Shown here in pieces: positions 1 to 9,038 of a stretch of DNA of 11,851 nt (position 1 is the stretch's first letter; each line of letters opens with the position of its first letter). This DNA is from Paraspadella gotoi. Lineage: Eukaryota > Animalia > Chaetognatha. The DNA lies in assembly GCA_051294375.1 (NCBI GenBank), contig JBJCIZ010001303.1, positions 1-11,851 of the forward strand. Reading direction: 5' to 3'. The position numbers and the translations under genes are program-made. The notes under the pieces are model-generated. The model had not been told where the DNA came from, did not search any database, and saw only the letters and a program-made list of their open reading frames with translations.

Positions 1-62
1 TTTCCGGTTTTTTTTTTTTTTTTCATTTTATTTCCCTTTTATTTTTTCAATCCATTTTCAAC

Positions 63-240
63 CGCACGAAATTCCCGCGCCCAAAATATTCCACCGTCTC
101 TCGCCTCTTCGCCTCCTGCCCCCCCCCCCCTCATCTCCAACTTCACGCGCAATTCATTCTTTCTTTTCGGTCGCGACGCCGCCTTCGCGTCCGCCTCGCC
201 GCACGAGACCGCCTCGCCGCGCCGCCACACCGCGCGCGAC
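63..240. other. GC/CpG-rich low-complexity patch
   Basis: Dense CG and GCC motifs in AT-rich surroundings, a poly-C run at ~119-130, and a 12-bp direct repeat CCGCCTCGCCGC at 191-202 and 209-220. Confidence 0.6.
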
Positions 241-337
241 AAAGAAACTCTTAGTTTTTTTTTTTGTTTTCGTTTCGTCGCGGAGAAAAGTCAATGAAAA
301 AACGCCGAACGAACGGGCGTCCAAAATTTAAGCGGGT

Positions 338-484
338 GATGATTGATAATGATTATTATTGTGAACGATGATGATGATTGATGAATATTTGATGATGTAT
401 GTTGATGATGATTGATGATAATGCATGATGATGATGAATGGTGATGATGATCATGATGATGATGACGGTGATTTGAAGATGGCA
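338..484 (+). repeat. Degenerate (GAT)n trinucleotide microsatellite
   Basis: Interrupted GATGATGAT runs; the overlapping ORFs are poly-H/S/I translations. Confidence 0.9.
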
Positions 485-616
485 AATGAATGATATATTA
501 AGTCCTATAATGTATAATATGACAGGTCTCTTTCTTTCGCCAAACATTTCAAACCTCGTTGCTTTTTATCGTTTGTTGCGTTCAACAACAACCGTTCATC
601 GCAGACTTAAAATCTT

Positions 617-822
617 GCTTTTCAATTCTTTTCTTATTTCTTTTCTTTCTTTTCTTTGTTTTTTCTATTTCTTTTTTCTTTTTTTTCTTTTTGCTCTTTT
701 CTTTTGTTTTTTTCTTTTTGCTAATTTCTTTTTTTTTTCTTTCTTTCTTTCTTCTCTCATCTTGATTTTTTTTCATTTCATATGTTATCCGCGGAATTTT
801 TTTGTTTTCTAGTTTTTGTTTT
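617..822 (+). repeat. T-rich low-complexity tract
   Basis: T runs broken by single C/G/A; explains the F-rich and K-rich ORFs 486..812, 559..765 and 582..881. Confidence 0.85.
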
Positions 823-843
823 GCCACGAGGTTTAAAGGATGA

Positions 844-896
844 CGCCGCCGCTGCCGCCCGCGCCGCCGCCGCTGCCACACTCCGTCGTCGTCGTC
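844..896 (+). repeat. Compound (GCC)n-(GTC)n trinucleotide tract
   Basis: cgccgccgctgccgcccgcgccgccgccgctgcc followed by (cgt)4. Confidence 0.8.
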
Positions 897-1135
897 TTTG
901 TCCTCGTCTATGTCTCAGTTGTCTTAGTCGTCCTCGTCATGTGTGTCTGTTGACATCGCCGTTCCTTCTCCTTTTCCGGCGTTAATCCGTTTCGGATTCC
1001 GGTTTCCGACAGAGGTCGCTCGAGTAGAACCAGCCAAGGTTTACTGAGGTGACATTATCAACTTGTTTAAAACTAATTTCTTATCTTTTGTATTTTTTTC
1101 TTTTCTGCTCTCAACGATTGACTTCGATTTAAACG

Positions 1136-1141
1136 GTAAGT
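1136..1141 (+). other. Candidate 5' splice donor
   Basis: CG|GTAAGT matches the U2-type donor consensus and is followed by very AT-rich, intron-like sequence. Motif match only. Confidence 0.3.
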
Positions 1142-1856
1142 CAAATGGTCATGATATTAATTATTATTTAAAATAAATTAATATTAAATTATTGTATTAT
1201 ATTTTCTGAAATCATCTACTTCATTTATTTATTATCTATTAATCATATATCTATTAATTTGAAACGATTATTTTCGCGTCATCCCACTAAATTTTAAAAA
1301 TTCATTTTCATCGCCACTTGCTTGCAACTTTATTGCTTTCCTTCTTTTGCTTGTACTTCGTGGAAAGCGCAAATTCGATTTTCTTTTTTATTCTCCTAAT
1401 TAATATGTTTCTTTATTTATTTCATTATTTTCTATTTGTTTTTTTTTCTTTCGGTTTAATCAATACGACTTTCATCCTATATATTTTTTCAACTTATTAC
1501 ACTCTTCACGAAAAAAAAGATCATTATCCTTTGTAACAATGACATTGCGGACCTCATATTTTATATAGATCTTGCACAAACAAAAAAATACTTACGAATT
1601 TATTCATTTTAAAGAATATCAATTATTTGCTTTACGAAACCTAATGTTAATAGTTAAAATATGTTTTAAAAACGCTTCAACAATACAAATGAACCATGAA
1701 GTTTTTCTTTAAATAGTTATTTGAAACTACGGTAATTACAGTCAAATGTAAAAAATCAAAGGAACTAAAAACAGTTGGTTCTTAGATTTTTTCCTGTCGA
1801 ACATAAATTCAAACTCGACTCGTTTTCCCCTCATACTATATACTTTAGATTGGGCC

Positions 1857-2226
1857 CAGGGCGAATGAGGAGTTAGGGAATTTTGCAGGGTGGTGCTTAT
1901 AATTTCGAGCCTCTGTGTATATATAACTTGATTGCAGGGCGATGAGGAGTTAGGGAATTTTGCAGGGTGGTGCTAAATTCGGCCTCTTGTATATATACTT
2001 GATGGCAGGGGGCGAATGAGGAGTTTAGGGAATTTTGCAGGGGTGGTGCCTTATAATCGAGCTCCTTGTGTATATATACTTTGATGCAGGGCGAATGAGG
2101 AGTTTAGGAATTTTGCAGGTTGGTGCTTATAATTCGAGGCCTCTGTGTATATATTACTTGATTGGCAGGGCGAATTAGGAGTTAGGGAATTTTGCAGGGT
2201 GGTGCTTATAATTCGAGCCTTCTGTG
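1857..2226. repeat. Tandem minisatellite, ~77-bp unit, ~4.8 copies
   Basis: Units start at 1857, 1935, 2006, 2087 and 2166 (last truncated). Consensus CAGGGCGAATGAGGAGTTAGGGAATTTTGCAGGGTGGTGCTTATAATTCGAGCCTCTGTGTATATATACTTGATTGG. No unique spacers. Confidence 0.97.
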
Positions 2227-2434
2227 AACCGCCACCACACCAAAACCGTGACCACGTGGGTTCTTTTCCTTCCTCACAGAACAAAAACGGAACAAGAAAG
2301 TTCGTTTGCTTCTTTTTGGGTCCCGAAAAATCGAATCCAGTTAAGGTGGACGAAAGAGAGAAAACCGGGCCGGAAGGAAAAACATTGGGCCGATAATGAC
2401 AACCTTATCGAAGAGCGAGATATCAAAACAAAAG

Positions 2435-2491
2435 CTCCTCTCTCTCTTTCTCTCCTCTCTTTCTCTCTCTCTCTCTTCTCTAACTCTCCTC

Positions 2492-2546
<55 letters not shown>

Positions 2547-2550
2547 CTTC
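2435..2550 (+). repeat. (CT)n microsatellite
   Basis: Perfect (TC)24 core at 2495-2542 with a degenerate left flank. Confidence 0.95.
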
Positions 2551-2692
2551 CTGGGATTCATTTCCCGTTTTCTGGTTCATCCCCAATCTCATTAAAGTAA
2601 AGCAGCGTACCGGCTTCTCGCCAGAAAAAATATAAATAATCACCGGCATTCCCGAAAAAAAAGAAAAAAATATTTAAATCGACCCGCCGCCA

Positions 2693-2787
2693 GGAGAAAG
2701 AAGATAGAGAGAGAGAGAGAAGAGGAGAGTGAGGCGAGAGAGAGAAGAGAGATGAGGAGAGAAGAAGAGAGAGAGACAGAAGAGAGA
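2693..2787 (+). repeat. Degenerate (GA)n polypurine tract
   Basis: Nearly pure A/G sequence with GAGA runs. Confidence 0.9.
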
Positions 2788-2838
2788 TCGCTCCCTCGAC
2801 ATCTCTAACCTTCGTAGTCGTGATCGACATTTCTGGTG

Positions 2839-2871
<33 letters not shown>

Positions 2872-2887
2872 TTGAAAAAAAAAAAAA
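2839..2887 (+). repeat. Poly(A) tract
   Basis: A31 (2839-2869), CTTTG, then A13 (2875-2887). Confidence 0.9.
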
Positions 2888-2928
2888 TTTCAGTCCTCGA
2901 ATTTTCTTCTCTCGTTTTCTTTCTTCTC

Positions 2929-2997
2929 GTTCTTCTTTTTGTTCCTCTTTTTGTTCTTCTTTTTGTTCTTCTTTTTGTTCTTATTTTTGTTCTTCTT
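2929..2997 (+). repeat. 12-bp tandem repeat (GTTCTTCTTTTT), ~5.7 copies
   Basis: Units at 2929, 2941, 2953, 2965, 2977 and 2989 (partial); two units carry a single substitution. Confidence 0.93.
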
Positions 2998-5187
2998 CTC
3001 TCCCCTCTCTGTTTAGCCTGTCGTCGTCGCTCACCGCATTCGTAATATTCGTCCTGTCGTTACTGTCAACAATCATTTCATCAGTACATTTAACGTCAGG
3101 ATCGATAATCACGCAGAATTTCGATTTCACACTTTTTCTCCTCGTCTCTATCGCTATTTCTTTATTTCACACTTATCTTAAATAAATTTTCTCTTCGAAT
3201 CTTAACTCCAATTAAAAATATTTTCATTTTGACAAACTCCTCTCATTTTATTTCCTTTTTCTTTTCCTTTCTCCTTATACTTTCCCTTGTTCCCACCGTT
3301 AATTTTCCTTCTTCCAATTCTATCTCTTACCCCACCATCCCTTATTTCCTTTCCTCTTTCTTCGATCCCACAATGAAAACCCCCAATTTGCTAAACCCCC
3401 CCAACAACCTCCATTACCCACTCCTCCCCTTCACATGAGATTCGCCTCAGTTTCGTCTTATAAATACTCATAAACAGATTCTTATTTGTTTTCGTCTTGA
3501 GAGAAGAGACGAGACGCATCCTGATCTTCGATCATGAATTTGTTCCTGATTGTCTATCGCTGAATAACGATTTTTCTATCTAGAAAACCTGATCTATTTC
3601 TTTGTGAAAGGTTGAGTAACATCTTGAAATCGAACGGTTGGAAGCTCATCCCGATTTTTACATAAAGTGCATTCTTTGATTACAAGCTGAACTTGAAACC
3701 TGTTTAAGACTCGTCCACCGAACTCTTTTGGTTGTTTTTTTTTTGTTGAGAACACTAGTATATTTTTTGCAAACTACTCTGGCATGAGGTGTGAATTTGT
3801 CGCTAGACTGTCACGCCCCTTGAGAACCGTGATCCTCCTAACTCGCCTCCTTACCCTCAAACCTCAACCAAACCCCCATTCAACATTCGCCTTCACGATC
3901 TTTAAAAACCCGGATGGAACTTGACACCGGACGTATCATATCGTATCGTACCGTCTAATTACAAGTCTGTAATCGTTTCCATTAAAGTTTAATTTCTTAT
4001 TTATTACAGGTTATAGAAACTTTAATGTTCTGTGGCGGTTCCTGAGAAACACTGCCCTTCTCCAGCCTTATTCACGACAATCATTTTCCCTCTCGAGTCC
4101 GTCCGCCCTTTCCGTCGATAAATATATCGTAAATAAGCTTATTTGAGAGATGAATAGAGACGGATCAAAAAAAGTAAACAAAGGATCATCGGCCTCTCGC
4201 GACCGTAATACCGATTTTCGTAGAAGAAAGAAAGAGTAAAAAGTGATTCTCGTTTGTTTTTTTTTTCCGTCGGCGACATGGAATCGCTTTTCTTAGAAAT
4301 GATATGAATAAATCGAATCTACGGATCAACATCCGCCAAAGATCGCAAAATCAGCTCAATTCGAAAACTTCGGTAAAAACGTGTTCGTCTATATTCGAAA
4401 CAGACCTTACGTATACGTTCTCAGTTATTCTCTGAATCATAGAATTGTCTTCTTACTCGCTCATGGTAAATTCTTGAACCCTTTCTTAGTCTAAAAAACT
4501 TTTTATTTTTCCAATCTGTTTTTCTCTTTCCTTCCACCCAATTTTTCCTACCAGGAATTTTTGAGTTGGTTTCTCACCCGAGTACGCCGGTTCCGCCTCC
4601 CGCGCCACCGTTCTTCTTTTCCAAACCGCCCCCCCCCCTTCCCCACCTAAAACTTATTTTTTTCCAGTTTAAATAACAATTATGAAACTACAAAACTACA
4701 AAATGTTATGATTCAATTATTTTTATATTCAAACCAGAAAACGTGACCTATTTTGTCCACTTTATGCAAGCCGGTCTGACAAAGCAACATTTCAGCCGAC
4801 ACTAGATATTTTTTTTGTATCAAATCATATCCAATCTTCAATTTATTATTTTACATACAACTATATATACAACCCCAATTCCCAAAAACTCTCCTACCCA
4901 AACATATCCTCTTTTGGAAATCTCCTAATTAATTAAGAACTCAGAAAACCGAAATCGAACAGAAATTCTTGACCTTCCACCCCCCCCCCCGTTCTCTCAC
5001 CTCCCTTCCCTCCATCCAACCACTCTGCTATCCAACCCCTCTATCCAACTCCATCTCTCCTCGCCGTCGGCTTCTTCCCTCTTCCTATTTCTCGTTTTCA
5101 CTTCCTTATCAAAATTTTCCTTTCTTTATCGACGAAAAGGAGAGAGATTGTTATCTCGATTCATAAGCGTCAGATGCCAGGACGGAT

Positions 5188-5399
5188 GGGGGTAGAAAGA
5201 TTGGGGACTCGGGGGATTCGGTTTTGTGGGATTGGGGTAAAAAGAATCGGGGGATCGATAGATTCGGGGGATTGAGGGGATTCTGGATTTCGGGATTCGG
5301 GGGATTGGGGTAAAAGAATTCGGGGATTGGGGAATTCGAGGAATTATGGGGATTGGAGGTAAAAATTGGTGGGGGATAGGGGGATCAGGGGATTGGGGT
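5188..5399 (+). repeat. Degenerate G-tract minisatellite (GGGGATT(C) core)
   Basis: Recurrent GGGGATT/GGGGATTC. The longer unit GGGATTGGGGTAAAA(A)GAAT(T)CGGGG occurs at ~5228 and ~5301, with diverged versions at ~5188 and ~5349. Confidence 0.85.
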
Positions 5400-5788
5400 C
5401 CAAGAATCCTGGAAGAGGGGCAGCAGTGATCAAAGTCAAAAGTTAGATGAGGACAGAAGAGGAAATTGAATGAAAATAGGAATTTGTGTGAATAACCAGT
5501 TTTGGCAAGTAGATTGAGGATGGAGGAGAATATGGCAAAATAAGGGATAGGAGATGGCAATAGGAGAAGAAGGGAGATGGCAAAAATTTGAAAACGGAGT
5601 CCAATTTGGCGGAGGATTTTTCTTTTTTCTTTTTTATTATTGAATTAAAACTAAAAAAAAAAAAATCGGACATTGTTAAAAATCGGTTCGTTTTCTCTCT
5701 TTCTCTCGCGAGGTTGTTTAAGTCGGGTTACATCTGACGTTCGTTTACTTTCGTCTTAACTCCATCCGCCCCTCGTCGGAGATTCAAC

Positions 5789-5844
5789 CACTCACTCCCC
5801 TCACCCACCGCTCACCGACCTTCACTCATTCACTCCCTCACCCA
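5789..5844 (+). repeat. Short CACT-rich direct repeat
   Basis: cactcactcccctcaccca (5789-5807) and cattcactccctcaccca (ending 5844). A similar (CACT)n patch lies at ~11057-11092. Confidence 0.6.
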
Positions 5845-6061
5845 GTTATTAAAAGAAATATCGCCTCAAGAAATAAGTTGGTTTTTTTTTTCATCCGTCT
5901 CTCTCGACTTTCTCTTTATTTTTTTTTTTCTTTAGTATATATATTTTTTATATTTTCCGCGTTATTCGATTATGTTTTTTTTGGAAAAAACATTATTACT
6001 TTCAACTCCTTTTTTTGTGGCTTATTTATTTTTATGCGAAAATTTATTCCGCGATGAGAGA

Positions 6062-6140
6062 CGTCGTAACTGTCGTCGTCGTCGTCGTCGTCCGTCGTCC
6101 ACGACCTTGTCATCATGTCGTTCGTCGTCGTCGTCGTCGA
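6062..6140 (+). repeat. (GTC)n microsatellite, interrupted
   Basis: Two gtcgtcgtc runs separated by degenerate triplets. Confidence 0.88.
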
Positions 6141-6541
6141 TCATTTCTTCAATTGCCAAAATCCATAGAGAATTTTCAAACAGAAAAACAATAATTTAGA
6201 AACTAAATAGAAATTATCGACGCAATTCGCCCCCATCTCGAGTTTTAAAAGAGAATGGGATTTCGCGTGAGGAAATTAAACTTAAAACTCATTAGTTTTC
6301 GTGTGGAATTTTGTCACATTTAAGGAATTTTGCAAAATTGAGGTCTCGACCACTATTAGACTACATTAGAAATACAGTGGAAATAATTGATAGCTTTTGA
6401 ATACTGTGAAATAAGTATTATTGATTTCAACCTTCTTTTATCAAAATTTAGTTTCCTCGTATAAAAAGCCGTATAAAATCGAATGAAATTGCAGTATCGT
6501 CTTCTCTCGACGATTCTTAAGAAATATTGTTTAAGATTTTT

Positions 6542-6600
6542 GATTAAAGATTAAGCGATTAAGGATTAAGGATTAAGGATTAAGGATTAAGGATTAGGAT
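6542..6600 (+). repeat. 7-bp tandem repeat (GATTAAG)n
   Basis: Five perfect consecutive copies at 6557-6591 plus flanking variants. Confidence 0.93.
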
Positions 6601-6992
6601 TTTGATAAAGTGCCCACTTTTCCGATTTTAAGAACATCCCCTCCGCCTTTGCTCCAACGAAAGGTTCGTGACCTGGACACTCTTCCCTTTAAATGGAAAA
6701 AGCTTCGCTGAAATTCTCAATTGAAAGACCCGGTTTCCTTTTTTCTTCTTTTTTGTTTTCTTTTTTTTTTTTTTTTGGACCAGAAGTTTTTCTCTCTAAC
6801 CTGGCTCTTTCATTAACCGTCATAACTCGGACTTTATGTTCAAAATATGACCTCGGGAACTGACCTGTTTTTATTTTACTCCTGTTTCTCTCGATCTTCT
6901 ATCTCCTCTCTCTCTTTTTCTCTCACTCAACCTTGGTTCGTTTTACATCGATCTTGTTCCTTTTTCCTTATTTCATATTTCACTATCTTACT

Positions 6993-6998
6993 TTCTCT

Positions 6999-7039
<41 letters not shown>

Positions 7040-7040
7040 T
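6993..7040 (+). repeat. (CT)n microsatellite
   Basis: Contiguous TC dinucleotides with few interruptions. Confidence 0.92.
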
Positions 7041-7554
7041 CAAATCGCTCTCCCCAAGCGGTTGAGTTCTGAATTCACAGTCGGTGTGAGTGTCGAGCCA
7101 CGGGGAAAGAAGCAGATGTTTTTCTGCATCAGGGAATTTATGAACTGGATTTCGACGGAAAAGCCAAAGTTTTTTCACGGGATAAAGGGGTCGAGAGGGA
7201 AAAGGGAGAGGGAGTGGGGAAAAATTTTTAAATGGAGAGAGAGATGGAGAGGAGAGGACTGAGAAAATTCGGGATCGCAGTGGGAGAGAGTGATGAGAGG
7301 GAAAGGGAGGTGGAGAGAGAAGGTGAACATCGTCGAGGGGCGGAGAAGACTCACGACGAAGAGTAGAGAGTTGGACAGATTGAGATTACCTAAATGTTAA
7401 TTAAAGAGAAGAATAAAAAAAAAGAGAAGTTGAAAACGAAATGAATTGATTTGGAAAGAATCGGGTGGAAATTGGAATCGAAGTGGAAGGAGCCAAAAGT
7501 TAAAACGGCGGAGTAAAAAATCGTTGTTTAATTACTGGTCATTATGGATTATCC

Positions 7555-7579
7555 CACTGTGACCACTGTGTGCACTGTG
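7555..7579 (+). repeat. Three CACTGTG heptamers at 9-bp period
   Basis: CACTGTG at 7555, 7564 and 7573, separated by AC and TG. Confidence 0.8.
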
Positions 7580-8347
7580 CAAAGCTTTCAACAGGTTGAC
7601 TCGAGAAGAGAGAAAGGACTTTCACTTGTGATTGTCTTGTAGGAAATTGTATTTAAATATTTCCTGATTGAAATCTAGTCCTACGTAGTAAATCATATGA
7701 AGACACTCACCCGGAGATATAAGAGAAGTTAGGTGATCGAAATCGCGACGGGGGTGACTCTGGAAATCAGCGCAGGGAAATGAGAGGGAAAGGAAATTCT
7801 CTATCCAAGAGATTTTTATCGGGAAGAAGAAGGAAAGAGAAAATTGGGACGAAGGCGAAATTTGGGAAAGAAAAAAGAGAGGAGAAGGAGAGGAGGAAGA
7901 AGAGGAGGAAAGGAGAGGAGAAAGGATTGAAAAGTAGAAATGAAAGGAATGAAAATGATTAAAGGATGAAAGAAGTGACGGAAACTGATCGAGGAAAAAG
8001 ACAAAGCGAAAAAAGACTAAAATATGTCGATTATGATTTCATAATGATTGTGAAATTTTTGAATAATTTTGAGAAAATTGTGCAAATAATGGTTTGAAAA
8101 TCCGTGCAATTAATGGTATCTATATTTAAATCATAAACTGGTTTTAAAGGATAAAAAATAGTGCAACGTTCTCTTAAAAACCATTTGAATGTAATCAAAC
8201 GAAAGCTAAAAATAAAATAAAAAATGTCCACGATTGTGAAATTGATACTTATGAATGTACTAATACAAATGTAGAAAGTCGACCCCCAATGAAGGTGAAA
8301 ATGAGAACCGGGTAAGCAGTGATGCTAATCCCAAGCGATTACTGGAA

Positions 8348-8505
8348 GTCACGTGATTCGTGAATTCGTGACGCAAATTGAAAGTCGATGAAAGTCCCTT
8401 ACGGTAGGGGCGGGACGGGCGGGTGGCAGAGAATGGTGAAGATGGTGAAAGGTGTGATTCAAAATCGGTAAGTAATGATGCGAGTCACGTGAAATAAATG
8501 ATTGG
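8348..8505. promoter_or_regulatory. Candidate cis-regulatory cluster (two extended E-boxes, GC boxes, ATF/CEBP-like site, CCAAT)
   Basis: GTCACGTGA at 8348-8356 and 8484-8492; TGACGCAA at 8369-8376; GGGGCGGG at 8407-8414 and GGGCGGG at 8417-8423; ATTGG at 8501-8505. Motif matches only. Confidence 0.35.
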
Positions 8506-8938
8506 AAATGATGCATTTATTGATTGAATTGAATTGATTTCTTGAATTGATTTCCCAAATAAAAATAAATTCATTGAATGGAATTGGGAAAAGTACAACT
8601 TTTAATTAGAAAAAGATTCAAAATACTTAAAAACTTGAATCTATTTAAATAAAAAACAAAGTCAATTCCATGCATTTGGCGCTCGATGTAATCTCGACTG
8701 AGCGACTAATACGATGTTCACCGACTTTGGGAGACTCACGAAAATATTTTCCGTGATTCATTTTAATCTTGGATTCCGAATTAATGAAGATAAATTTAGC
8801 CGTCAAATTTTCGCCTTTTTTTTTGTCGTTAACGAGTCTCGCAATTTGGTAAAGAAACGAAGTTCGCAGATTTTTTCGATTCAACTTCATTTGACGCGAA
8901 AGATGAAAACGCTTCCCAGCCAGTTGTAATCCTGTAAC

Positions 8939-9023
<85 letters not shown>

Positions 9024-9038
9024 GAGAGAAGAGAGAGA
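8939..9038 (+). repeat. (GA)n microsatellite, ~100 bp
   Basis: Near-perfect GA repeat with a few 1-bp phase shifts. Confidence 0.96.

Noticed and set aside
1857-2226. CRISPR array, hammerhead-containing satellite or coding repeat
   Set aside because: There are no unique spacers or cas genes, no CTGAnGA/GAAA hammerhead core on either strand, and the 76-77-bp consensus is not clearly a multiple of three.
2839-2887. Poly(A) tail of a retroposed SINE, LINE or processed pseudogene
   Set aside because: No TSD or recognisable element body upstream, and long A/T runs are common across the window.
3590-3710. Faint resemblance (FVKG/LSNILKSNGWKLIPIF) to the Penelope-like RT-endonuclease linker
   Set aside because: It needs a frameshift, is bounded by stops, and no RT or GIY-YIG motif is visible nearby.
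5126-5560. 144-aa proline-rich minus-strand ORF
   Set aside because: The Pro/Ile/Arg repeats come directly from the complement of the GGGGATT minisatellite, and the start codon is not ATG.
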